Position numbers and translations under genes: made by a program. This document shows positions 40,299 through 49,117 of a stretch of 64,000 bases of DNA, piece by piece. How positions within the stretch are numbered: position 1 is the first letter of the stretch; the number at the start of each line of letters is the position of its first letter. The notes below the pieces were generated by a model. The model was given only the letters and a program-made list of their open reading frames with translations. It was not told the DNA's origin and ran no database searches. Source of the stretch: Candidatus Multivoradales bacterium (lineage in GTDB: Bacteria > Acidobacteriota > Thermoanaerobaculia > Multivoradales > J023); NCBI GenBank assembly GCA_965248925.1, contig CBDFLE010000005.1, forward strand, positions 640,001-704,000, written 5' to 3'.

Positions 40299-41876
40299 TC
40301 AGGCGCTGCGGCTGATTGCTGGCTTGCAGCTCTGCAATAGCTGCTCTACTTGTTTGGCGGTCAGTGGCTCGGAGAGCAAGAAGCCCTGCGCCATCTCGCA
40401 GCCGAGCTGCTCGACCATCGCCAACTCACCTTCGGTCTCGACCCCCTCGGCGATGACCTCCAAACCGAGATTGTGCCCCAGCTCGGTGATGGTGCGCAAA
40501 ATTACGGCGTTGGCCGGCTGGCGATCTGCTCGGCGAACAAAGGATCTGTCGATTTTCAGACAAGTCACCGGGAAGCGCTGCAAGTAGCTCAGCGATGAAT
40601 GGCCGGTACCGAAATCATCCAGATAAAGCTCTACGCCGTGGCAGCGCAACCGGCTGAGCACCTCGATCACCCGCCGCGGCTGCTCCATGATCGTGTTTTC
40701 GGTAATCTCCAGGCAGAGCTGACTCGGTTCCAGCGACGAACTCGCGAGTGCATCCGCCACCAAGTCGAGCAAGTCGCCGCGTAGGAATTGGCGACCTGCC
40801 AGGTTGACGCTGATGCTCAGCCGTCCGGCGGCGGGAAAAGCGTCGAGCCAGGCGCGCAACTGCTTACAGGCGGCGGGCAGCGACCAGGACTCGATACGTT
40901 GAATGAAGCCTGTGTGATCGGCGATGTCGAGAAATTCTCCCGGCAACAACAGCCCTTGTTCTGGATGCTGCCAGCGCAGCAGAGCTTCGAATCCTGTAAG
41001 CGGACCGCCCGGCAAGCGGTAGATCGGCTGGTAGTAGAGTTCGAGTTCCTGCTCTTCGATCGCTCGCCGAAGTTCGGTTTCGAGGCGCAGGATCTTCATC
41101 GACCGCGAATGCATGGCTGGCTCGAAAAGACGCTGGCTCCCCGGACCGCCAGCCGTCGATCGGTGCATCGCGGTGCTGGCGTCGCGCAACAAATGCTCGG
41201 GATTCTGGTAAGAGCCGTGACTGATCGAGATACCCATCCCAGCGCTGGTGTAGACCTCGATAGCGGTGAGCTCGAAGGGCTCCGAGATGCGGGCTTGAAT
41301 GCGTTTGGCGGCCACGCGAGCGGCAGCAGTCACCTTGAGACCTTCGATCAGCACCGCGAATTCGTCCGCCGCCAAATGGGCGACGGTATCGCGGCCACGC
41401 ACCGACGCCCGCAGCCGTGCCGCGGCTTCTACCAGTAGCTCGTCGCCGGTGCTATGACCCATACTGCTGTTGAGATTCTGAAAGCGATCCAGCTTCAGGC
41501 ACAGCACCGCGCAAGCGCGCTTACGACTGGCATGAGTGAGAGCTCGGTCGAGCCGGATTAAGAAGAAGGTGCGGTTGGGCAGGCCAGTCAGCGGGTCGTA
41601 GTAGGCTGCCCGCCGCTTGATCGCCAAGTAGCGAGCGCTACCGGCAAGGCTCAGCAACAGCAGGGTCGGCAAACCCCAAAGCCAGAGCCATGCCGCTGGC
41701 TGCTGCTCGGCGGTCAACTCAGGCGGTGCGACTCGGCCAGCCACACTACTGGCTTCTGGCGAGTTGGCGTGGCTCGACGCGGCAATCCACAGGCCGAGCC
41801 CAATCGCTGTGCCGACGAGCCGCCAATGCAGAGCCCCTCGGCTGGGTGTCCGCCCCTTTCGCGTTTTCTTTGCCAT
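40299..41876 (-). CDS. membrane-anchored GGDEF-EAL protein, likely a phosphodiesterase
   Basis: YDPLTGLPNR, degenerate AADEF, intact EALLRW, LDDFGTG and AEGVET. Confidence 0.92.
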   Translation of the reverse strand: MAKKTRKGRTPSRGALHWRLVGTAIGLGLWIAASSHANSPEASSVAGRVAPPELTAEQQPAAWLWLWGLPTLLLLSLAGSARYLAIKRRAAYYDPLTGLPNRTFFLIRLDRALTHASRKRACAVLCLKLDRFQNLNSSMGHSTGDELLVEAAARLRASVRGRDTVAHLAADEFAVLIEGLKVTAAARVAAKRIQARISEPFELTAIEVYTSAGMGISISHGSYQNPEHLLRDASTAMHRSTAGGPGSQRLFEPAMHSRSMKILRLETELRRAIEEQELELYYQPIYRLPGGPLTGFEALLRWQHPEQGLLLPGEFLDIADHTGFIQRIESWSLPAACKQLRAWLDAFPAAGRLSISVNLAGRQFLRGDLLDLVADALASSSLEPSQLCLEITENTIMEQPRRVIEVLSRLRCHGVELYLDDFGTGHSSLSYLQRFPVTCLKIDRSFVRRADRQPANAVILRTITELGHNLGLEVIAEGVETEGELAMVEQLGCEMAQGFLLSEPLTAKQVEQLLQSCKPAISRSA

Positions 41877-42086
41877 TAGAGCCCCAGCTCTCCCCTACTA
41901 CATCTTGCCGGTCTCGGTCCCCAGAGGTTTCATCCCCAGAGGCTGGAAACGGCACGCTTTGTGTTGCGAGTATTCCGCCGGACTAACAGACTATCAGTAG
42001 TTTTGCCCGCCAGGCGGTAGTTTGCCGAACTTGCTTAGGGATCTCGAATAAGTGCAGAATGGATCCGTATCCAAAGGAAGAACATC

Positions 42087-43505
42087 ATGCGAAGACTCAC
42101 TTTCATTCTTGCCTTCTGCTGCGCCCTGGCCCAGGCCGGAGTGCTTCCCAGCCTGTCGCAGGTGGCCAAGTCGGAAGATTCCTCCGTGCTGCCAGAGGCC
42201 GACGCCGAGGTAGCGGCCGGTGCGGTGTTGATCGGCCGCATCGATGGCGATATCACCCTGTCCGAGAGTGCTTACGTCAAACGCCTGATCGATGCCGCCA
42301 AGGAGCGCGATTCGCGCGCCCTGGTGTTGGAGATCAACACCTTCGGCGGTCGGCTGGATGCGGCGGTGGCGATTCGTGACGCGCTACTCGAAGTCGACAT
42401 TCCAACGGTGGCTTTTATCAACAAGCGAGCCATCAGCGCTGGCGCCTTGATTTCATTGGCCTGCGAGATGATCGCCATCAGCCCGGGGGGCACAATCGGC
42501 GCGGCGATGCCGATCACCACCTCTCCCGGACAGCAGCTAGCGGCACCGGTGGAGGAGAAGTACATCTCGTACTTTCGCGAGGAGATGCGGGTCACCGCCG
42601 AAACCCGCGGACGTAATGGCGACATTGCCGAGGCGATGGTCGATGCCGACTACGAAATTCCGGAAATCAGCAAACAGGGCAAATTGCTTACCCTGACCAC
42701 CCGCACGGCGCTCGAACACGGCATCGCCGATATCGAAGCCAAGACCGTCGACGAGGTGCTTGCCGGGCTGGGAATCGACGGGCCGCAAGAAGAGCTGGTG
42801 CGCACCTGGTCGGAAGAGCTAGTGGCCTTCTTGACCAGCTCAGCAATCGTCGCCCTGCTGTCGGCGGGGATGTTCATGCTGGCCTACCTGGAATACCAAA
42901 CGCCGGGTTTCGGTGCCTTCGGCATTGGCGCCATCGGCTGTTTTGTCTTGCTCTACTTTGGTCACTACCTGGTCAATTTGGCAGGTTGGGAGGAGCTCCT
43001 GCTTTTCGCTATTGGAGTCCTCCTACTTGTGGTGGAGATGTTTGTCTTTCCTGGCTTCGGGCTTGCTGGTATCGCTGGCTTGTTGGCCTTGATCGGCAGC
43101 GTCACACTGCTATTGCTGGCCGGTGATTGGAGCGACGTCAGACTCAGCAACCCCTTCAGTCTCGATGCCTTGGTGCTCGTGCTGTGGGCAGCGGTGGCGG
43201 CCATCCTCGGCATGTTTGTCTTGATGCGCATGCTGCCGGACTCCGCGGACAGTGTGTTGGGCGGTAAACTGGTACTCGCTGGTGGTCTGAGGAGTGACGC
43301 TGGCTACCTTTCACACTCTTTGCCTGAGGCGGACAAACCGCTGGCCACCACGGGTATTGCCCTCACCCCGTTGCGCCCAAGCGGTAGAGGTCGCTTCGGT
43401 GACCGCCGGCTTCAGGTCGAGACCGAGGGAGAGTTCATCGACAGTGGTGATGCCATTCGCGTGCTGCGGCACGAACCCGGGAGAATCGTCGTCCGCCGCG
43501 CCTGA
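42087..43505 (+). CDS. long-form NfeD / YqeZ-like membrane serine protease
   Basis: INTFGG, AISAGA, IGAA (ClpP-like S49), TM region and C-terminal OB domain (TPLRPSG). Confidence 0.9.
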   Translation: MRRLTFILAFCCALAQAGVLPSLSQVAKSEDSSVLPEADAEVAAGAVLIGRIDGDITLSESAYVKRLIDAAKERDSRALVLEINTFGGRLDAAVAIRDALLEVDIPTVAFINKRAISAGALISLACEMIAISPGGTIGAAMPITTSPGQQLAAPVEEKYISYFREEMRVTAETRGRNGDIAEAMVDADYEIPEISKQGKLLTLTTRTALEHGIADIEAKTVDEVLAGLGIDGPQEELVRTWSEELVAFLTSSAIVALLSAGMFMLAYLEYQTPGFGAFGIGAIGCFVLLYFGHYLVNLAGWEELLLFAIGVLLLVVEMFVFPGFGLAGIAGLLALIGSVTLLLLAGDWSDVRLSNPFSLDALVLVLWAAVAAILGMFVLMRMLPDSADSVLGGKLVLAGGLRSDAGYLSHSLPEADKPLATTGIALTPLRPSGRGRFGDRRLQVETEGEFIDSGDAIRVLRHEPGRIVVRRA

Positions 43506-43531
43506 GATGGACCGATCAGCGAAGGAGACCC

Positions 43532-44116
43532 ATGCCTGAAGGATTGCTGGCTGTTGTTCTGATGTTGTCGCTCGGCTACCTGCTGCTGGTTTTCGAACTC
43601 TTCGTTCCCGGCGGCGTGGTCGGATTTCTGGGGCTCGGCCTGGTGGCATTGTCCTGCTGGCGTGCCTTCGACCTGGGGGCGGGTTGGGGAGCGGCGGCGG
43701 TGGGCCTGAGTGTAGTGGCCACGGCTGGTGGCATTGTCCTGTTCAATCGTTCAAAAACTGGTCGTGAGCTAGTCCTCGACAATCGCGGCAGCCGGCAGTG
43801 GAGATCGTCGGCCGACGAACTTGACGGGTTGCTCGGTCAACAGGGCATCACCCTTTCCAGTTTGCGTCCGGCAGGTCTGGCCGACTTCGAGGGTCGCCGC
43901 CTCGATGTGGTCTCGGACAGTGAGTTCATCGACCATCAAACGCTGGTGCGAGTGGTCGAGGTAGAAGGCCGGCGGGTCATGGTCGAGCGGGTAGAATCGC
44001 CGAGTGATAGCGCCTCAGGCGATGCTGTTTCTACGGCAGGGCCGATCCGCGGGGATTCAGGCCAGTCGATAAGCGCTGAGCCGGCCGCCGATCTCTCTGC
44101 CGGAACCCCAGTTTGA
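43532..44116 (+). CDS. short-form NfeD family protein
   Basis: ELFVPGG TM region plus LRPAG..DVVSDSEFI OB fold. Confidence 0.85.
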   Translation: MPEGLLAVVLMLSLGYLLLVFELFVPGGVVGFLGLGLVALSCWRAFDLGAGWGAAAVGLSVVATAGGIVLFNRSKTGRELVLDNRGSRQWRSSADELDGLLGQQGITLSSLRPAGLADFEGRRLDVVSDSEFIDHQTLVRVVEVEGRRVMVERVESPSDSASGDAVSTAGPIRGDSGQSISAEPAADLSAGTPV

Positions 44117-44209
44117 GCGTGATAGCTTTCTCTTAGCAGCGGCTGCTCCTGGCGGATTCATTCGTCGGCGGGGGTCCTCGACTAATCAAATATTTGGAGT
44201 CCTACATCT

Positions 44210-45199
44210 ATGTCTTCTCTGCAAGCTCCCATTCTCGTCGCCCTACTGATCGGCTTCTTCTTTGTCTTTGTCTATCTGATTCCGGTCCGTCTGTGGCTGG
44301 CGGCAAGATTCAGCGGCGCCTCGGTGGGGCTGATGCGGCTGATCGGCATGCGCTTTCGGCGGATTCCACCGCGTGCGGTGGTGGAGCCGCGGATCAGCGC
44401 GGTCAGTGCCGGCATCGACCTGGCGATAGCCCCCCTTGAGTCGCACTACCTGGCCGAGGGCAACGTGTCGCGGGTGGTCAACGCCTTGATTTCGGCCGAC
44501 AAGGCTGGCATCCAGCTGACCTTTCAACGGGCGGCGGCGATCGATCTGGCGGGTCGCGACGTGCTCGAAGCGGTGAAAATGTCGGTCAATCCCAAGGTCA
44601 TCACCACGCCGATAGTGGCGGCGGTGGCGAAGGATGGTATTCAGGTCAAGGCGGTCAGCCGGGTGACCGTGCGAGCCAATATCGACCGCTTAGTCGGTGG
44701 TGCTGGCGAAGAGACTATTCTGGCGCGGGTAGGTGAGGGCATCGTCACCACCATCGGTTCGGCCAGGGATCACAAGCAGGTGCTAGAGAATCCCGACATG
44801 ATCTCCAGGACCGTGCTCGACAAGGGCCTCGACTCCGGCACCGCCTTTGAGATCCTGTCGATCGACATCGCCGACGTTGATGTGGGCGACAATATCGGCG
44901 CCAAGCTACAAACCGACCAAGCCGAGGCCGACAAGCGAGTGGCCCAAGCCCGCGCTGAGTCGCGCCGAGCGATGGCGGTTGCCGAAGAACAGGAAATGAT
45001 CGCTCGTTCCCAAGCAATGCGCGCCAAGCTGATCGAAGCCGAGTCCGAAGTGCCGATGGCGATGGCCGAGGCCTTCCGCGCCGGCCACTTGGGCATCATG
45101 GACTACTACCGGATGCGCAATGTGATGGCCGATACCGAGATGCGGGAGTCGATCTCCCGTGACAAGCCACCGACCGACGACGGTCTGGACGATCAGTAG
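44210..45199 (+). CDS. floA: flotillin-like protein FloA (YqfA)
   Basis: [41 protein letters not shown] and GIMDYY. Confidence 0.95.
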   Translation: MSSLQAPILVALLIGFFFVFVYLIPVRLWLAARFSGASVGLMRLIGMRFRRIPPRAVVEPRISAVSAGIDLAIAPLESHYLAEGNVSRVVNALISADKAGIQLTFQRAAAIDLAGRDVLEAVKMSVNPKVITTPIVAAVAKDGIQVKAVSRVTVRANIDRLVGGAGEETILARVGEGIVTTIGSARDHKQVLENPDMISRTVLDKGLDSGTAFEILSIDIADVDVGDNIGAKLQTDQAEADKRVAQARAESRRAMAVAEEQEMIARSQAMRAKLIEAESEVPMAMAEAFRAGHLGIMDYYRMRNVMADTEMRESISRDKPPTDDGLDDQ

Positions 45200-45208
45200 G
45201 GGAATGGG

Positions 45209-45868
45209 GTGGACGGAGAAGCCATTGGCACGTTGCTGATTATCGCGTTCTGGGTTATTTCTGCCCTGACAAAGGCCATGAATAGAGGCAAGAAAAAGCA
45301 AGCTCAGCAAGCCCCAACCTCCACCCCGGCTCCGCCTCATCCCGCCAGGGCGCCCGCTCCAACGACGCGGCGCAGCGCCCCCAAGCAAACCTTGGGGCCC
45401 GATACCGTGGGTGATTTGCTGCGCGAGATGATCTCCGAGATCAAGGGCAAGCCGCAGTCAGAAGAGGCTGCAACGCCCCCCTGGCAAGAGCCGCAGGTAC
45501 TCTCCGAACACCAGCAGTCCGCTGGCGAGCATCGCCATACCGACAGCGAGACCAGCTGGAGCGCGTCAGAACATAGTTGGAGCTTTGAAGAGCACCGGCG
45601 CAGTGCTGGCGAGCATTCAAGTACCCTCTCCGAACTACGGGGCACCGCGAGTGAACATCGAGGCAGCGCAAGCGAGCATCGGCGTGGCGACGTTGTGGCC
45701 GCTAGGCGCGGGAGTGCCGAAGAAGCGACGAGAAGGCGCCCAGCCCATCGAGCTGGCTCAGTCCGGGCCGCCTTGGCGAGCCGAGGCTCCTTGGCCCGAG
45801 CCATGGTGCTGAAAGAGATCCTCGGCCCGCCGGTCAGCCTGCGCCGCAATCCCGCTGAGATGGAGTGA
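45209..45868 (+). CDS. YqfB-like accessory protein with 7-aa EH repeats
   Basis: N-terminal TM, C-terminal LARAMVLKEILGPP and position immediately after floA. Confidence 0.7.
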   Translation: MDGEAIGTLLIIAFWVISALTKAMNRGKKKQAQQAPTSTPAPPHPARAPAPTTRRSAPKQTLGPDTVGDLLREMISEIKGKPQSEEAATPPWQEPQVLSEHQQSAGEHRHTDSETSWSASEHSWSFEEHRRSAGEHSSTLSELRGTASEHRGSASEHRRGDVVAARRGSAEEATRRRPAHRAGSVRAALASRGSLARAMVLKEILGPPVSLRRNPAEME

Positions 45869-47058
45869 CCGGGGGCATGCAAATGCTCAAGATAGTGCCT
45901 CCCGGAGCAGGGGTCCGAAGGCGACGAACCGCCATCGGGTCACTATTGATTTTGCTCCTAGGAATGCTGTCTAGCTCTTGTCGAACCACCCGCCTGCCGC
46001 CAATCTCGGCCCTCGGTGCTGCATTTGAACCGCTAGCCGATGAACTCGACCTGTGGCAAGAAGCGCGGGCGGAAGAAGATCAGCTGCTGAGCAACTTGAC
46101 GCTTTACGACAATCGGCGCCTCAATGACTATCTGGCGGCAGTCGTCGAGCGACTCAATCCAGCGTCGATGGCGCACAGCGGCCAGCTGCAATATCGGGTC
46201 ACGGTAGTCGAAGATCCCACTCTGAACGCCTTCGCCTATCCCCATGGCAGCATTTATCTGCACACCGGTCTGCTGTCCCGGATCGAAAACGAAGACCAGC
46301 TGGCCACTGTCCTCGGCCACGAGATGACCCACGTCGAGAATCGCCACATGGTGCGGTATCAGCGGGGGGCACAGAACCGCGAGATCGGTTGGTCGCTGGC
46401 CGGTATCGCGGCGGCCATCTTGATCGCCGGAGAGACCGACGACAAATACCGCGCGGGCAACTGGGGCCGTGCCGCCGTGGTGGGGGTTCTGGCCGACGTA
46501 ATGCTCAGCCTCGGCTTGCACCTGGCGGTCAGAGCGTCGGTGCAGGGCTACGGTCGAGAACTGGAGCTAGAGGCCGACCAAGGCGGTTTTGCCAAGCTCG
46601 CCCAGGCGGGCTACGATCCAGGCGAAGCCGCAGTCGCGTATCGCTTACTGGCCAATGATCATGGAGATTCGCGAGCGGCCGAAGGTTTCTTCTTTGGCAG
46701 CCATCCCAAGCTTGCCCGCAGAATCGCCAATGCTGAAGCCTGGGCCGCCACCACCCAGCCGCCCCAGCCGGCCATCGCTACCAGCAGCGACGAGTTTGAA
46801 CAGCTGCTCTTGCCCCTGGTGCGCGACGATGCCGCACTCAACCTGGTCGCCGGCCGCTGGCAGCTAGCACGGGCTCAACTTCAGCGAGTGTTGCGCGGTC
46901 GGCCAGACGATCCTGGAGCCACCCAAATGCTCGGCTGCCTGGATCGAGCAACAGCCGATGCGACGACCAGCGAGCAGAGCCTCGATGAGTGCCTAGCGCA
47001 CGCCGACGCGTTGTCGCAGCCTTCCAGCGATGCGGCTGCCCAGCCCGATGGCCGCTGA
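45865..47058 (+). CDS. M48 family metalloprotease, probable lipoprotein
   Basis: LSSSC lipobox-like site, NAFAYP, LGHEMTH, ELEAD and SHP. Confidence 0.88.
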   Translation: MTGGMQMLKIVPPGAGVRRRRTAIGSLLILLLGMLSSSCRTTRLPPISALGAAFEPLADELDLWQEARAEEDQLLSNLTLYDNRRLNDYLAAVVERLNPASMAHSGQLQYRVTVVEDPTLNAFAYPHGSIYLHTGLLSRIENEDQLATVLGHEMTHVENRHMVRYQRGAQNREIGWSLAGIAAAILIAGETDDKYRAGNWGRAAVVGVLADVMLSLGLHLAVRASVQGYGRELELEADQGGFAKLAQAGYDPGEAAVAYRLLANDHGDSRAAEGFFFGSHPKLARRIANAEAWAATTQPPQPAIATSSDEFEQLLLPLVRDDAALNLVAGRWQLARAQLQRVLRGRPDDPGATQMLGCLDRATADATTSEQSLDECLAHADALSQPSSDAAAQPDGR

Positions 47059-47635
47059 ACCCTTCACCCAGTTGCTCGCCTGGTACAGCGCGGCCCAGGC
47101 CGACGAGAGCATTCGCTATCCGCATGCAGCTTGCCTGGCCACCGTCGACAGCCAAGGCCATTCCGATGCCCGCATTTTGCTGGTGCATCAACTAAGCGCC
47201 GACGGGTTCTTGTTTTCCACCGACAGCCGTTCACCCAAGGCCGAGCAGCTCGCGGGTCAGCCCCGAGCCGCGCTCACCTTCTACTGGGAATCGCAAGAGC
47301 GGCAGGTGCGAATTCGCGGTTTGGTGCATCCCGGAAGCGAGCGAGAAGCGGAGGAGTGCTTCGCAGAACGCCCTCGGGGCAGCCGAGTGACCGCCTGGGC
47401 CTCAACGCAGAGCGCCGGTCTCGACAACCGCGAGGATCTCGTACGAGGCTATAAAGAAAGCGCTGCTCGCTTTGGCTCCACCGACCCCATCCCATCTCCC
47501 CCAACCTGGTCCGCCTATCGCTTGCAAGCCAGCAGCATCGAGTTCTGGCAAGCTTCCCGCCACCGATTGCATCGGCGTGAGCTGTACCAGTTGAATCGTG
47601 CCGGAAGCTGGAAATGCAGCCTTTTGCAACCGTGA
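47048..47635 (+). CDS. pdxH: pyridoxine/pyridoxamine 5'-phosphate oxidase
   Basis: LATVD, SPKAEQL, RQVRIRG, RPRGS, IEFWQ..RLH and LQP. Confidence 0.85.
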   Translation: MAAEPFTQLLAWYSAAQADESIRYPHAACLATVDSQGHSDARILLVHQLSADGFLFSTDSRSPKAEQLAGQPRAALTFYWESQERQVRIRGLVHPGSEREAEECFAERPRGSRVTAWASTQSAGLDNREDLVRGYKESAARFGSTDPIPSPPTWSAYRLQASSIEFWQASRHRLHRRELYQLNRAGSWKCSLLQP

Positions 47636-47669
47636 TTTGCCTGTTGGAATAGAGTTATCGAGTGATCAG

Positions 47670-47884
47670 CCGGCCAGCAATCGACAAACCCACGCCCCTT
47701 CCTTCACGTTTATCGGAAGAAAGACCGGCGCGCTATGCGCTTGGCCTTGGGCGAATTTCTCGCCGCATACCGTACGGCCGCGGAGAAACTTCGAAGTCGT
47801 GGAGCACCCCGAGGATTTCCCGAGAACTCCATCCCGCCAAGACCAGAATTCGTTGACACCACCACCCCTTCTGACTCTTCATAA
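47670..47884 (+). pseudogene. 3' remnant (about 70 codons) of a RAYT transposase gene
   Basis: 47670-47904 is collinear without indels with 61248-61482; it encodes GQQSTNP...RLALGEFLAAYRTAAEKLR..GFPENSIPP..SDSS*. Confidence 0.9.
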
Positions 47885-47885
47885 T

Positions 47886-47945
47886 GTGCCTGGCACCTAT
47901 TTCTGCAGCACCTATTTCTGCAGCGAATTGGCTGGCACCTATTCC
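47886..47945 (+). repeat. REP-like motif cluster (GTGCCTGGCACCTATTTCT)
   Basis: GTGCC-T-GGCAC palindrome at 47886, tandem gcacctatttctgca at 47893 and 47908, tggcacctattcc at 47933. Confidence 0.85.
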
Positions 47946-47951
47946 GGCACA

Positions 47952-48374
47952 TCAAGTCTCTAGTTCACATGTGACTGTTTCCGCGAAACACTTGATTGAG
48001 AGCCCGTTTTCAAAGCGAAAGATCATGTGATACGTCGAATCTGATTCTCTCTGGGTAAGGCATCCGTCCATTACATCTAGGTCATCTGGATGAAGAAAAC
48101 CCAGGAAAGCCACTGTTTCCGCGTCAGCAGAAATTTCCGCATCTGTCAGTAAATCTGTCTTTAACAGTTTGACGCTTGTGAAGCGTATCGATATTTTCTG
48201 TGCAAGCGACACTTCAGGCGGATGTTGCTTAGATAGTACCCACAACAAGACTGTACTGTTCGTAGTTGCATCATACCAGTAGGTCTCGAAATCGTAGTCG
48301 TTGTGCAGGTCTAGCCAGATTGATCCCATGCTAATCGCGTAGTTGTCTCCGATCTCGAAGTTTGACATTTTCAT
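47952..48374 (-). CDS. putative immunity protein for the orphan toxin tip
   Basis: Lower-GC 140-aa ORF whose start overlaps the stop of the toxin-tip frame at 48374. Confidence 0.7.
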   Translation of the reverse strand: MKMSNFEIGDNYAISMGSIWLDLHNDYDFETYWYDATTNSTVLLWVLSKQHPPEVSLAQKISIRFTSVKLLKTDLLTDAEISADAETVAFLGFLHPDDLDVMDGCLTQRESDSTYHMIFRFENGLSIKCFAETVTCELET

Positions 48375-48690
48375 TATTGCTCCCTTGATTTCAAGAGTCT
48401 GTCAACATTCCGCAAATCTGCACTCGTAGCTGGTCGTACCGGACCTACTTGGCTCCGGCTTCCAACTTGTCCCGCACGTGGTCCAGATGGGATAACGTTG
48501 TTTTGAAGAGTTGTTACATGGGGCGTATCAACTCCTCCGTGAGACCGGCCTCGGAGATCTATATTCACACGACCATTCGGGGTCTGAATTGAGACGCGGT
48601 TTCTTCCACCATTTCGAGTTACCAGATCTGAAGCCCGTTGCTCTATCGCTTGAGCTGTTCCTCCCTGGGAAAGGCTCTTCTTTGCCCGCT
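48374..48690 (-). pseudogene. orphan polymorphic toxin C-terminal tip, Ntox24-like (predicted RNase)
   Basis: Open frame read by hand: ...ASDLVTRNGGRNRVSIQTPNGRVNIDLRGRSHGGVDTPHV...ATSADLRNVDRLL; no Rhs core; its upstream edge falls at a REP-like motif. Confidence 0.7.
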
Positions 48691-48707
48691 TGGCACCTAT
48701 TTCTGCA
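48691..48707 (+). repeat. REP-like motif copy
   Basis: tggcacctatttctgca, identical to 47891-47907. Confidence 0.85.
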
Positions 48708-48742
48708 ACTATTCAGCGCCTATACTGGGTCGGGGCGGCAAC

Positions 48743-49117
48743 TCACGCTTTACGCTGATGAGGAAGTACGGTGGCCTTCCATGCCAGCCGAACCAAAGCG
48801 ACAATCACCGCCCAGCCTACAATGTTTGCTGAAAAGTAGAACACCATATGCAGCCAAAACCAGGTTCCCTCTGAATGAGCTACCCAATAGTAGGGCGTAA
48901 TACCGAAGATTTGCGGAAGATACTTCCCCGGAAGTCCCAAGAGCTGAAACTTGTGGAGCAGCGTCAAATAAGCGCCTTCAATGAGTGCGTCGTGGGTATA
49001 CGCCATCTCTATCAACGAGATTAGAAAGTGCTCTGCACAGCCAAGTATGATTCCCAGAGGCAGCACTCGCCGGAATTCGCAGATGAAGGAATTCAATGCT
49101 TTGTTCTCCTCGTGCAA
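48743..49117 (-). CDS. putative membrane immunity protein for Rhs-A
   Basis: Lower-GC hydrophobic ORF overlapping the Rhs-A stop codon. Confidence 0.55.
   Translation of the reverse strand: MHEENKALNSFICEFRRVLPLGIILGCAEHFLISLIEMAYTHDALIEGAYLTLLHKFQLLGLPGKYLPQIFGITPYYWVAHSEGTWFWLHMVFYFSANIVGWAVIVALVRLAWKATVLPHQRKA

Noticed and set aside
40299-41876. Degenerate GGDEF (AADEF) as unusual
   Set aside because: Common in GGDEF-EAL phosphodiesterases.
47886-48707. Repeated GGCACCTATTTCT motif as a CRISPR array
   Set aside because: Spacing is irregular (0 to about 750 bp), the repeats are short and no cas genes are present; a RAYT-associated REP fits better.
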